From assembly GCF_030028105.1 (NCBI RefSeq), contig NC_092376.1:60188935-60252934 (forward strand): a DNA stretch of 64,000 nt. Reading direction: 5' to 3'. Below the pieces are notes generated by a model. The model did no database searches. It saw only the letters and a list, made by a program, of their open reading frames with translations, and had not been told where the DNA came from. Positions 1-12,510 of this stretch are shown here, piece after piece. The position numbers and the translations under genes were made by a program. Each line of letters begins with the position of its first letter. Positions within the stretch are counted from its first letter, which is position 1. Source of the DNA: Mobula birostris (Eukaryota).

Positions 1-202
1 ACCTCAGAACTCATCTTGCAAACGGCTGCTCACAGGCACATGGTAAAGCAATGCTGGCGAGAATGCAGTTCCGAATCCAGGGGAGAGCAGCTGCTCAGAG
101 TGCGCGGCGCGCTGCCTTATATCGCGCGCTGATTTTTTTCATAACAGTGGAAACACCTTCTGAAAGTGAAAACAGGGTACTAATGTAGGTCTTTCGTAAC
201 AG

Positions 203-2749
203 AAACAGGAATTCTGCAGATGCCAGAAATTCAAGCAACACACATAAAAGTTGCTGGTGAACGCAGCAGGCCAGGCAACATCTGTAGGAAGAGGTGCAGT
301 CGACGTTTCAGGCCCAGACCCTTCGTCAGGACTAACTGAAGGAAGAGTGAGTAAGGGATTTGAAAGTTGGAGGGGGAGGGGGAGATCCAAAATGATAGGA
401 GAAGACAGGAGGGGGAGGGATGGAGCCAAGAGCTGGACAGGTGATAGGCAAAAGGGATATGAGAGGATCATGGGACAGGAGGTCCAGGAAGAAAGACGGG
501 GGGGAGGGGACCCAGAGGATGGGCAAGGGGTATATTCAGAGGGACAGAGGGAGAAAAAGGAGAGTGAGAAAGAATGTGTGTATAAAAATAAGTAACAGAT
601 GGAGTACAAGGGGGAGGTGGGCATTAGCGGAAGTTAGAGAAGTCGATGTTCATGCCATCAGGTTGGAGGCTACCCAGACGGAATATAAGGTGTTGTTCCT
701 CCAACCTGAGTGTGGCTTCATCTTTACAGCAGAGGAGGCCGTGGATAGACATGTCAGAATGGGAATGGGATGTGGAATTAAAATGTGTGGCCACTGGGAG
801 ATCCTGCTTTCTCTGGCGGACAGAGCATAGATGTTCAGCAAAGCGGTCTCCCAGTCTGCGTCGGGTCTCGCCAATATATAAAAGGCCACATCGGGAGCAC
901 CGGACGCAGTATATCACCCCAGTCGACTCACAGGTGAAGTGTTGCCTCACCTGGAAGGACTGTTTGGGGCCCTGAATGGTGGTAAGGGAGGAAGTGTAAG
1001 GGCATGTGTAGCACTTGTTCCGCTTACACGGATAAGTGCCAGGAGGGAGATCAGTGGGGAGGGATGGGGGGGACGAATGGACAAGGGAGTTGCGTAGGGA
1101 GCGATCCCTGCAGAATGCGGGGGGGGGGGGGAGGGAAAGATGTGCTTAGTAGTGGGATCCCGTTGGAGATGGCGGAAGTTACGGAGAATAATATGTTGGA
1201 CCCGGAGGCTGGTGGGGTGGTAGGTGAGGACCAGGGGAACCCTATTTCTAGTGGGGTGGCGGGAGGATGGAGTGAGAGCAGATGTACGTGAAATGGGGGA
1301 GATGCGTTTAAGAGCAGAGTTGATAGTGGAGGAAGGGAAGCCCCTTTCTTTAAAAAAGGAAGACATCTCCCTCGTCCTAGAATGAAAAGCCTCATCCTGA
1401 GAGCAGATGCGGCAGAGATGGAGGAATTGCGAGAAGGGGATGGCGTTTTTGCAAGAGACAGGGTGAGAAGAGGAATAGTCCAGACAGCTGTGAGAGTCAG
1501 TAGGCTTATAGTAGACATCAGTGGATAAGCTGTCTACAGAGACAGAAAGATCTAGAAAGGGGAGGGAGGTGTCGGAAATGGACCAGGTAAACTTGAGGGC
1601 AGGCTGAAAGTTGGAGGCAGAGTTAATAAAGTCAACGAGTTCTGCATGCTTGCAGGAAGCAGTGCCAATGCAGTCGTCTATGTAGCGAAAGAAAAGGTGG
1701 GGACAGATACCAGAATAGGCACGGAACATAGATTGTTCCACAAAGCCAACAAAAAGGCAGGCATAGCTAGGACCCATACGGGTGCCCATAGCTACACCTT
1801 TAGTTTGGAGGAAGTGGGAGGTGCCAAAGGAGAAATTATTAAGAGTAAGGACTAATTCCGCTAGACGGAGCAGAGTGGTGGTAGAGGGGAACTGATTAGG
1901 TCTGGAATCCAAAAAGAAGCGTAGAGCTTTGAGACCTTCCTGATGGGGGATGGAAGTATATAGGGACTGGACATCCATGGTGAAAATAAAGCGGTGGGGG
2001 CCAGGGAACTTAAAATCATCGAAAAGTTTAAGAGCGTGAGAAGTGTCATGAACATAGGTCGGAAGAGATTGAACAAGGGGGATAAAACCTTGTCGAGGTA
2101 TGCAGAAACGAGTTCGGTGGGGCAGGAGCAAGCTGAGACAATAGGTCGGCCAGGACAGGCAGGTTTGTGGATCTTGGGTAGGAGATAGAAACAGGAAGTG
2201 CGAGGTGTGGGAACTATAAGGTTGGTAGCAGTGGATGGGAGATCCTCTGAGCGGATAAAGTCGGTGATGGTGTGGGAGACAATGGCCTGGTGCTCCTTAG
2301 TGGGGTCACGATCGAGGGGTAAATAAGAGGAGGTATCCGCAAGTTGTCGCTGTGCCTCGGCAAGGTAGAGGTCAGTACACCAGACTACAACAACTGGTTT
2401 AATAATAAGGTTAGGATTAGTGCGGAGGGAGTGGAGAGCAGAGTGTTCCGAAGGAGTGAGGTTGGAATGGGGACAAGGTGCGGTGAAGTCGAGACGGTTG
2501 ATGTCCCGTCAGCAGTTAGCGATAAAGAGATCCAGAGCAGGCAGAAGACCAGAGTGGGGTGTCCATGAAGCAGAGGAGGGTTGAAGATGGGAGAAGGGGT
2601 CATCGGTGGGGGTGGAAGAGTCCTTACCGAAGAAGTAGGCTCGGAGACGGAGACGGTGGAAGAAAAGTTCCGCATCATGGCGAACACGGAACTCGCTGAG
2701 GTGTGGGCGAAGGGGGACAAACGTGAGGCCCTTACTGAGGACAGAGCGT
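203..2749 (-). mobile_element. Penelope-like retroelement (Neptune type), left arm of an inverted dimer; 5'-truncated, full 3' tail
   Basis: ORF 947..2131 has PLE RT motifs (FTMDVQSLYTSIP, QTKGVAMGTRMGPSYA, RYIDD). ORF 624..950 is a GIY-YIG endonuclease (VIYCVRCSRCGLLYIGET...RFAEH...EEQHLI...GMN). The two are separated by a frameshift at the G-run near 1119-1131. Confidence 0.93.
298..333 (-). ncRNA. Minimal type I hammerhead ribozyme (PLE-associated), intact core
   Basis: Minus strand reads AGUC-CUGACGA-AGGGUCUGGGCCU-GAAAC-GUC-GACU. This gives both conserved core boxes, stem I AGUC/GACU, a stem II hairpin and a GUC cleavage triplet. Confidence 0.8.
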
Positions 2750-5421
2750 CCCCTCAGAGGCTCCATCTTCCTCTCACCCCAACCCTCCCCTCTCCATTGA
2801 CACCCCCAGCCTCCCCCCTCCCCCCTCTGATCCCAGCGCTCATTCGTGCCGGGTCTTTACCATCCCCTCCGACCTTCAACTGTCGGAGGCAGAACGCTCT
2901 GTCCTCAGTAAGGGCCTCACGTTTGTCCCCCTTCGCCCACACCTCAGCGAGTTCCGTGTTCGCCATGATGCGGAACTTTTCTTCCGCCGTCTCCGAGCCT
3001 ACTTCTTCGGTAAGGACTCTTCCACCCCCACCGATGACCCCTTCTCCCATCTTCAACCCTCCTCTTCTTCATGGACACCCCACTCTGGTCTTCTGCCTGC
3101 TCTGGATCCCTTTATTGCTAACTGCCGACAGGACATCAACCGTCTCGACTTCACCGCACCTTGTCCCCATTCCAACCTCACTCCTTCGGAACGCTCTGCT
3201 CTCCACTCCCTCCGCACTAATCCTAACCTTATTATTAAACCCGCCGATAAGGGGGGTGCTGTTGTAGTCTGGCGTACTGACCTCTACCTTGCCGAGGCAC
3301 AGCGACAACTCGCGGATACCTCCTCTTATTTACCCCCCGATCGTGACCCCACTAAGGAGCACCAGGCCATTGTCTCCCACACCATCACCGACTTTATCCG
3401 CTCAGGGGATCTCCCATCCACTGCTACCAACCTTATAGTTCCCACACCTCGCACTTCCTGTTTCTATCTCCTACCCAAGATCCACAAACCTGCCTGTCCT
3501 GGCCGACCTATTGTCTCAGCTTGCTCCTGCCCCACCAAACTCGTTTCTGCATACCTCGACACGGTTTTATCACCCCTTGTTCAATCTCTTCCGACCTATG
3601 TTCGTGACACTTCTCACGCTCTTAAACTTTTCGATGATTTTAAGTTCCCTGGCCCCCACCGCTTTATTTTCACCATGGATGTCCAGTCCTTATGTACTTC
3701 CATCCCCCATCAGGAAGGTCTCAAAGCTCTACACTTCTTTTTGGATTCCAGACCTAATCAGTTCCCCTCTACCACCACTCTGCTCCGTCTAGCGGAATAA
3801 GTCCTTACTCTTAATAATTTCTCCTTTGGCTCCTCCCACTTCCTCCAAACTAAAGGTGTAGCTATGGGCACCCGTATGGGTCCTAGCTATGCCTGCCTTT
3901 TTGTTGGCTTTGTGGAACAATCTATGTTTCATGCCTATTCTGGTATCTGTCCTCCATTTTTCCTTCGCTACATCGACGACTGCATTGGCGCTGCTTCCTG
4001 CACGCATGCAGAACTCGTTGACTTTATTAACTTTGCCTCCAACTTTCACCCTGCCCTCAAGTTTACCTGGTCCATTTCCGACACCTCCCTCCCCTTTCTA
4101 GATCTTTCCGTCTCTGTCTCTGGAGACAGCTTATCCACTGATGTCTACTATAAGCCTACTGACTCTCACAGCTATCTGGACTATTCCTCTTCTCACCCTG
4201 TCTCTTGCAAAATCGCCATCCCCTTCTCGCAATTCCTCCGTCTCCGCCGCATCTACTCTCAGGATGAGGCTTTTCATTCTAGGATGAGGGAGATGTCTTC
4301 CTTTTTTAAAGAAAGGGGCTTCCCTTCCTCCACTATCAACTCTGCTCTTAAACGCATCTCCCCCATTTCACGTACATCTGCTCTCACTCCATCCTCCCAT
4401 CACCCCACTAGGAATAGGGTTCCCCTGGTCCTCACCTACCACCCCACCAGCCTCCGGGTCCAACATATTATTCTCTGTAATTTCCGCCACCTCCAATGGG
4501 ATCCCACCACTAAGCACATCTTTCCCTCCCCCCCCCCCCCCGCATTCTGCAGGGATCGCTCCCTACGCAACTCCCTTGTCCATTCGTCCCCCCCATCCCT
4601 CCCCACTGATCTCCCTCCTGGCACTTATCTGTGTAAGCGGAACAAGTGCTACACATGCCCTTACACTTCCTCCCTTACCACCATTCAGGGCCCCAAACAG
4701 TCCTTCCAGGTGAGGCAACACTTCACCTGTGAGTCAACTGGGGTGATATACTGCGTCCGGTGCTCCCGATGTGGCCTTGTATATATTGGCGAGACCCGAC
4801 GCAGAATGGGAGACCGCTTTGCTGAACATCTACACTCTGTCCGCCAGAGAAAGCAGGATCTCCCAGTGGCCACACATTTTAATTCCACATCCCATTCCCA
4901 TTCTGACATGTCTATCCACGGCCTCCTCTATTGTAAAGATGAAGCCACACTCAGGTTGGAGGAACAACACCTTATATTCCGTCTGGGTAGCCTCCAACCT
5001 GATGGCATGAACATCGACTTCTCTAACTTCCGCTACTGCCCACCTCCCCCTCGTACCCCATCTGTTACTTATTTTTATACACACATTCTTTCTCTCACTC
5101 TCCTTTTTCTCCCTCTGAATATACCCCTTGCCCATCCTCTGGGTCCCCTCCCCCCTTGTCTTTCTTCCCGGACCTCCTGTCCCATGATCCTCTCATATCC
5201 CTTTTGCCTATCACCTGTCCAGCTCTTGGCTCCATCCCTCCCCCTCCTGTCTTCTCCTATCATTTTGGATCTCCCCCTCCCCCTCCAACTTTCAAATCCC
5301 TTACTCACTCTTCCTTCAGTTAGTCCTGACGAAGGGTCTCGGCCTGAAACGTCGACTGCACCTCTTCCAACAGATGCTGCCTGGCCTGCTGCGTTCACCA
5401 GCAACTTTTATGTGTGTTGCT
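2750..5421 (+). mobile_element. Penelope-like retroelement (Neptune type), right arm of the inverted dimer
   Basis: ORF 3864..5447 contains the RT C-terminal half (YIDD), the Cys linker CKRNKCYTC and GIY-YIG. There is an upstream in-frame stop at about 3798-3800. The native stop has changed to TAC near 5034, which extends the ORF through the 3' UTR. Confidence 0.93.
5322..5357 (+). ncRNA. Minimal type I hammerhead ribozyme (PLE-associated), intact core, predicted cleavage after 5353
   Basis: AGTC(5322-25) CTGACGA(5326-32) AGGGTCTCGGCCT(5333-45) GAAAC(5346-50) GTC(5351-53) GACT(5354-57). Confidence 0.8.
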
Positions 5422-6405
5422 TCTTTCGTAACAGTGAGGTTTTGTAAAGCGAACGTTCGAAAAGCGGGGGACACTTGTACTGATGTGACATTCTGTTTTC
5501 AGTAGTGCAACTCCTCCACCTCTTTTACACATCCCACCATCACATCTAAAACAATGAAACCCAGGACTGTTGAGCTGCTAGTCCTGTCCTTAACAAAATC
5601 ACATTTCTAAAAGTTTTGTCTTAAATTATGTCTGTATACTCAACCCACTGTATACCCAGATTATAAATATACATCTACCAGCCACTAGAGAACATAGTAC
5701 TTACTTTGAGTTTGATACCATTTCCACCATTCTTTGTGGTTATGAAACTGATAACAAAAGTTTGTTGCCAAAGTTGCTTATCAAATGCACCCCCTCAAAC
5801 ATTGAGAGCATATAGTTTTCCAAGTGCTAATTCATGTATACTGTGCTTCATATAAAGTAAATGTTTTCATATTTGCATATATGCACACAGATACAATGTT
5901 AATCATTGATTTATTTAATGTCTCATTATTAATTATGGCTTAATACTCTTCCTAAGAGATTTATACAGGTGGTATACAGTGGACAACAGGAAGTACACAT
6001 TTTATAAAACTGGTGGGGTGGGAGAACCTTACTCCCCTCACCCCAATCCTTCAATGTTTTCCTTACCAAAAGTATTGATTTCAAGATTCAAGCACTTATC
6101 CAACATCTTTCCTGACCTCAAAGTCCTAAAATGAATTCCATCCACTTAAAGCATTCTGATTTCTTCCTTACCAATATATCTATACAAGATCTGCTTATAA
6201 ACCAATCGACATAAGACAATTGATGTGAAAGAAAACTAAGACAAGGTTCCGATATAAAACAGGTCTGTCAAGTAACAAAAAAAATTGACCACATTTGTGC
6301 AGCTCTGCAAGATGTTTATACCATCTAAGGAAGACTGCAGTTTAACAGGTAGTTAATAAATCTCATTTATATGCAGGATATAAAAAGTGGAAACCATGCT
6401 CTCAC

Positions 6406-6489
6406 CTTTGCTGGAATACGAGATTTTGTAAACTTCAATCGTTTGAATCCAGGCCATGGTGATAGAACAGCTTTTATTTCCACTAAGTT
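6406..6489 (-). CDS. MRPL30: Mitochondrial ribosomal protein L30, coding exon 2
   Basis: Splice context is tttttccag|exon|gtgag, 84 nt, phase 0. It translates to NLVEIKAVLSPWPGFKRLKFTKSRIPAK, matching the MRPL30 KFT(K/R)SRIP motif. Its head-to-head position with MITD1 is as in human. Confidence 0.85.
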
Positions 6490-7954
6490 CTGGAAAAACA
6501 AAGTAAGTTTTGAAGTAATTAATTTACTTCATGCAACAAATGAAATGTAATGTTAGCTTCCTGGGGTCCATGGAACATTCCAAATAAATGGAAGTCACAG
6601 AAGTAAGTGGTTGACAAATTGCCTTAATTTTAAATAGAAGGTGGATAATATCAACCACAGTTAAAATTTTTTAAATTTAAATGTTTGAAATAATAGTATT
6701 CGGTCCCATCCAGCTCAGTAGCCATGATCTGATATCTGATCCAGTAAATCAAGAGAATGATTGTAGGAAAATTGGCAATGGATTACATGGAGGCGAATGT
6801 CTGAAACCTGAATGTGTTTCATACCTGCCACTTGTGTACAATGATAATTACCAATTATTGATCCCCAAATACCACTCTCACAACTGATTCTTCAATGTGT
6901 TCAGGAAAGTTTTCTTAAGAAATATGTAGCTAGAAGTGAGACTGGGCAAGTGCTAAAGTGTTGGTAGGAAAGTGTTCATTCTGGGACTAGTGAACATAAT
7001 TTTTAGTTTTAGAACAGTTATAGAAAAAAAATACTGTTCCCACGCAATCTAGCTCTATGCGCATCATCTCAGTATTATGTAAATCCCTTTGCTAGATTGC
7101 CTCTATTCTGATTCATGGAGTTCTGCCTGACATTTCATTACGAACCCTTGCTTGTGACACTTAAAACATTTTGCAGCACTGTACTGATGAGCTTGAGCCA
7201 AGTGGTTCCAATGTCAACAAAGCCATTTGTGAATGCAAGAAAACAATATTGTTAATAGAAATAGAACCACTCAATTGTTTGACAATTGAAAAATTATAAC
7301 AGGGTTTCAACCATTCCCATTTGTGCATATACAACCCAGACTCCCATGTTGGAGTTCTTATCATTTTACCTGCTGTTGGTCTTTGAACCACATTTACTAA
7401 TCAAAACTCCCTCAGTTTTCCAATTTTTTTCATAAATGTTGCTATCCTGCACAATCATTTGAATATTAAATTATGCAGGTTTGGTAATTTAGCCATTGGT
7501 CCACAAATTAACCTCCTTCTCAGATAACTCTATCAAAAAATATATGCCAATGACAGGTTTTTCATATCACCATCTCCCCAATATTTGAGCAAAATTCCTA
7601 CACTTAATTCTTCACAAATTTTTTAAGTAGCTTTGGAATTTGTTTAATATTTCAATAAGTGTATGACAATAAAATGCAATTGTGTGCTTGAATGTCCAAC
7701 AAGATCATTTTCCTACATTCACAAGTGGCTTCATGAGCAGCATCTTGCCCTTCTGTTAATAATGTCGTTTGCTGGCTTATGACTCCAAATTTCATGGCTC
7801 TATGTTCTTTACTACCTCATTCTCGGAACTTGAGAAGGCCATACGTTTTCTGTGGATACTTAACATACAACTAAAACCCAAGCACCTGATACCCAGGCAG
7901 TTCAAAAGCTGGTGGTAGAGATCCAATACCCAACAAAAACGTGTAATATCAAAT

Positions 7955-8142
7955 CACAAACAACAGAAAATCTGCAGATGCTGGAAATCCGAGCAACACA
8001 CACAAAATGCTGGAGGAACTGAGCAGGCCAGGTAGCACCTATGGAAAAAAAAGGACTCCTGCCGAAGGGTTCTGGCCCAAAATGTCGACTGCATTTTTTC
8101 CATAGATGCTGCCGAGTTCCTCCAGTATTCTGTGTATGTTGC
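7955..8142. mobile_element. Short inverted PLE-derived insertion with a degenerate hammerhead
   Basis: A minus arm with tail (AACAGAAAATCTGCAGATGCTGG...) is followed by a plus arm CTGCCGAAGGGTTCTGGCCCAAAATGTCGACT...TGTTGC. Confidence 0.75.
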
Positions 8143-8614
8143 GTGTAGGATCAGCATGTTTTGAATACAAAGGGCATGCCTCTGAAAATGGTGCTGACTT
8201 TTAAATTACCATGTTGTCAATAGTAACAGACAACCAGTAACAGTTTTTGTGCAAGCAACAAGTATTCTAACAATCAGCAAGATGCAACCGGTGCATCGAG
8301 GGAAATCCATGTGGTCGCAAAGAGAAACGTACAAACTCCCTACCGAGGCCAGATTTGAATATGGGCTGCTGGAACTCTGAAGCCTTGGCTAAATTACTAG
8401 CACGGGGTGTACAAGCGCTAAGGCACTGAACATATTTACCCCCACTCAACAGTTACGGAAGGAAAACCTCATTTATTTTTGTAAATACCTCTGGCGAATA
8501 CATTTAAAAAAATACAATGACACATGAAATACTCAGGCAGGAGGACCGTGACTCCATTACACACAGCAGAAGAAGGCCTCAATGTGAAGTACGTCGTGAC
8601 CGCAACAAACTTAC

Positions 8615-8650
8615 CGTGAGTCGGTTAACGTTCCTGAAGAGAACGGCCAT
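8615..8650 (-). CDS. MRPL30: Mitochondrial ribosomal protein L30, coding exon 1 (start of targeting peptide MAVLFRNVNRLT)
   Basis: ATG in a gcgATGG context at 8650, then 12 codons, then a gtaag donor. Phase 0 matches exon 2. It lies in the CpG island. Confidence 0.8.
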
Positions 8651-9080
8651 CGCTGGAAAGCCGAAGGTCGCCAACTAAAGGCCGATTTAGTAGGAAACGC
8701 AGCTCGGCAAAGACCAGGCGTAGTGTCGTCAATCTACAGCAACGCCGGTCGGCCGAAACTACTGAGGGCAGATGGGTGTCCCGTCCCGTCCCGTCCCGCC
8801 CCGCCCCGCCCCGCCCCGTGGACCCCTACGGCCTCCCGGCCCCGCCCACCCGCCCTTCCCTAGCATTGTCGCTGATCGATACTGTCAGTTATGCCGCGTT
8901 CCATTGTTTTTGTAGCTATTCTAATTGATAGTTGATTTCCCCGATTCACTGCCGTGTTACGATGCGATTACATTGCCATATTTCGCACGGTTCTTAACAA
9001 GAGCGGCAGGCTGGCCGGCGCAGGCACTTTTCCGAGCGGCCTTCCGAACCACAACAACTGCTGCGTTCCGGATTTACAGT
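8651..9080. promoter_or_regulatory. CpG-rich bidirectional promoter MRPL30/MITD1 with a GC-box array; probable MITD1 non-coding exon 1 ending at 9078
   Basis: High CpG density, a (CCCGT)3(CCCGC)4 array at about 8780-8817, and a plus-strand donor ACA|GTAAGT at 9079. Confidence 0.7.
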
Positions 9081-10069
9081 AAGTACCAAGGCAGGGACAA
9101 ACAATAAAGACGTGAACGGGGCACAAGACCAGAGGGAGAGAGACTTTACAACATAGTTATAGGATAAAGAGCAAATTGCCGGAGGGACCCAGCGGCGGAG
9201 ATCCTTGATCCGGACTGAAGGAGGGAGATGGCCAGTACAGAGAGGCGAGAGGCCAGAGGCCAGATGGGGCAGGAGCTAGTAAGCGTTAGGAGCTGAGTGA
9301 GGAGGAGTAATAGAGTTGGGGGAGATGAGGGTTAAAATAATGACGGAAACTGGGAGTGTCAAGGTAGAGGCAACCCATCCACCGCTTGATCCCTTCCTCA
9401 TCCAAGTCATTATTTTGTTATTTTAACCCCACACCAGTTCACCAGTTTGTTTCAACAAATAAAAAAAACAAATGAATAATGGACTGTGCCTGTTTCATGG
9501 ACTAGAGAGGAAGATAGTTTAAGGTCCTGCTTCTGAACATTCACTGTGAAGTTGACATACGTCGAATTTACCGCCGATACTCAGTCTGGACTTGAGTGGG
9601 ATCATGGTGCTGACCACAAAGCGTGCTTAATGCAGACTTGGTGAATTGCGGTACATCTCAGTCATGTATATTTTACATGGCTGTATAAATCAAGTACCAA
9701 TATGACTCCATATATCATCCCCCCACCCTCGTTCATCAGTTTGCTTCAAATCCCCCCCTCAAACATCAATGTGACTCGGATATTACTGCCCGCGTGCCCT
9801 AATGGTGGACGGAGCAACAAAACTAACTTTTAAAATAAATGCAGCTTTGCCTCTCAGGGTCCAAATACAACTCCTTGTATTCCTGGAGCTCCAGCCACCA
9901 CCTGTCCTGAAGCCCTCGTGCCTGGCAGTTTCTTCGTTGGGCCATTGAAAAAGAAAGAAAAAAAAATCGCACTTGTCAATTTAACCAAAGGTAAAATTCT
10001 TCTCCTTGGAAAAATGAAAATGCTGTATCTCATATTTTACAACTCTTTTACAAATTCCTGATTAAATGC

Positions 10070-10785
10070 ACCTGAAGAGTGGTCAACAGACTGGGCATTA
10101 TTTTCAAAATAGGAAGAAAATTCAGAAACCAGAGGTGCAATGGGACTATTATTGCTAGTTTAGGATTACCTCAAGGTTCACTTGCAGATTGTGTCAGTAG
10201 TAAAGGTTGCAAATGCAATGTTGACATTCATTTTGAGAGGACTAGAATATAAAAGCAAGAATATACAGCTGAGGCTTTATAAGGCATTGATCAGACCACA
10301 TTTGGAAAACTGTGAGCCCCATAATCTAAGAAAGGATATGCTGGCCTTGAAGAGTGTTCAATGGAGATTCACAGAATTGATCTCAGGAATGAAAGGCTTA
10401 ACATTAACAGTGTTTAACGTCTGAGCCTGTCCTCATTGGAGTTCATAAGGATGGGGGAGGGGAGGGGAAGAGGGACCCACTGGATTCTGAAAGGCCTGGA
10501 TAGTGTGGACAAGGAGAGGATGTTTCCATTAGTAGGAAGAGTCTGGACCTGAGGATAGAACCTCAGAATAAAGGAAATTTCCTTTAAAACTGAGATGAAG
10601 AGGATTGTTTTTCAGCTGAAAAGTGGCAATTCTATGAAATTCATTGCCACAAAATGGCTGTGGAGGCCAAGGCCAAGAACCGAAAATGGGGGGAGTTTTA
10701 AAAAAAACAGCCTTAATTGAAAGGTAGTGCAGACTTGAAGGACTGAATAGCCTAATTCTGCTCCTTTGTGTTATGGTCTTATACC
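10070..10785 (+). mobile_element. CR1 LINE 3' fragment (degenerate)
   Basis: ORF 10182..10424 (ANAMLTFILRGLEYKSK...LYKALIRPHLE) is the CR1 RT C-terminus, followed by a CR1-type 3' UTR. Confidence 0.8.
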
Positions 10786-10904
10786 TTTGGAAAATTGAAA
10801 TGCTTTCCTGACTCAACAGAGTTCAACTTTAGATGCAGATCTTCAGATGAGAAACCTGTTTTACCTCTTGGTCCCATATTTTTCTTCCTAACTTATTATC
10901 ATTC

Positions 10905-12510
10905 TCAGAATCTGAATCAGGTTTAATATCTCTGGCATATGTCATGAAATTTGTTTTGCAGCAACAGTACATTGCAATATATGATTAAAAAAAGCTATAA
11001 ATTACAGTAGTTACATTAAAAAAATGAAATTAGTGCAAAAGGAGAGCAAAAGAGTGGTGAGGTGGTGTACATGGCAGAAGGGAAGAAGCTGCTCCTGAAA
11101 CTTCGAGTGTGTGTCTTCAGGCTCCTGTACCACCTCCTTGATCGTAGCAATGGGAAGAGGACGCGTCCTGGGTGATGGGGGTCCTTAATGAGCAGTACTG
11201 CCTTTTTGAGGCATTGGGTTTTGAAGGTGTCCCCGATGCTGGGAAGGCTATTGCCCACGATGGTTTACAACTTTCTGCAGATTTTTCTGTTCCTGGGCAG
11301 TGGCCGCCCCATACCAGACGGTGATGCAGCCAGTCAGAATGCTCTCCACGGTGCATCAGTAGAAATTTCCGAGGGTCTTTTTGTGGCAGACCAAGTCTCC
11401 TCAAACTCATAATGAAATGTAGCCACTGCCATGCCTTCTCTGTAATTACATGAATATGTTGGGCCCAGGATAGACTGTCAGAGATGTTGACACCTAGGAA
11501 CTTGAAATTGCTCACCTTATTCACCTCTGATCTGCCGAAAAGTGTGTTCACTCTATTTCCTCTTTCTGATGTCCATAATGAATTCTTTAGTCTTACTGAC
11601 ATTGAGTGCAAGGTTGTTTCGACACCACTCAACCAGCTGATCGATCTCACTCCTGTATGCCTCCTTGTCACCATCTGAAATTCTGACAGCAAATTTATAG
11701 ATGGCACTTGAGCTGTGCCTAGCCACACAGTTATGGGTATAGAAAGAGAGAAGAGCGGTGGATTAGGCATGAATCCTTGAGGTGCACCAGTCAGCAAGGA
11801 GGAGATGTTATTTCAGATACATGCTAACTATGGTCTCCTGACGAGGATCCAGTTGCAGAGGGAGGTAAAGAGGCCCACATTTTGGAGCTTGTTGATTAGA
11901 ACTGAGGGTGTGATGGTGTTGAGCACTGAGGTGTAATCAGTAAACATCAGCTTGACACAAGTATTAGTATTGTCCAGGTGATTCCAAGGCTGAGTAGAAA
12001 GCCAGTGAGACTGCATCCATTGTGGACCTATTGTGGTGACAGGCAAATTGCAGCAGGTCCAGGTACTTGCTTAGGCAGGAGCTGATTCTGGCCATGACCA
12101 ACCTCTCAAATCACATCATCAAAGTAGATGCGAACGCAACTGGGCAATGATCATTGAGGCAGCTCACCCTGCTCTTCTTGGGCTCTGATGTGATTGTCAC
12201 CCTTTTGAAGTAAATGGGACCCTCCAACTGCAGCAGCGAGAGATTGGAGATGTCTTTGAACACTCTCACCAGCTGGTTGGCACAGGTTTTCAGTGTCCTA
12301 CCAGGTACACCATCCGGGCCTCACACCTTGCGAAGGTTCAGCTTCTTGAAAGAAGTTCTGCTGTCTGCCTCTGAGAGAAAGATCATAGGGTCAGCAGATG
12401 CTACAGGGATTTGCAACGGTGTACAGTACTTTTATTCTCCCTTTCAAAGCGTGCATAAAAGGTATTGAACTCATCTGGGAGTGAAGCATCGCAGCCATTC
12501 ATGATGTTAG
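10905..12510 (-). mobile_element. Rex1/Babar-like LINE fragment
   Basis: RT motifs GAPQG...PPLFSL and VSNFKFLGVNISDSLSWAQHI, plus a (CTGATT)n-like 3' tail at about 10905-10920. Confidence 0.75.

Larger units (their letters stand above)
1..5479. mobile_element. End of a Tigger/pogo-like (Tc1-mariner) DNA element, split by the Penelope insertion (segments 1-202 and 5422-5479)
   Basis: Removing 203-5421 and one TSD copy joins the sequence into ...CGAACGTTCGAAAAGCGGGGGACACTTG followed by TA (5478-5479). This resembles a pogo/Tigger TIR plus TA target. The other TIR is outside the window. Confidence 0.5.

Noticed and set aside
139-830. ORFs 139..624, 251..595, 420..830 and their equivalents at 5075..5404 and 45955..46280 as host proteins
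   Set aside because: They are low-complexity readings of the PLE 3' UTR or its antisense strand, repeated in each copy.
2581-3267. 228-aa ORF across the palindrome centre
   Set aside because: It is a chimera of antisense and off-frame PLE sequence created by the inversion junction.
203-5421. Palindrome as an assembly or fold-back read artefact
   Set aside because: The arms differ by several substitutions and indels, there is a 144-bp spacer and a 13-bp TSD, and the same architecture recurs in other insertions. Long reads would still be the definitive test.
9850-9966. Possible processed pseudogene fragment ending in an A-rich tract
   Set aside because: No recognisable protein in the frames translated and no TSD found.
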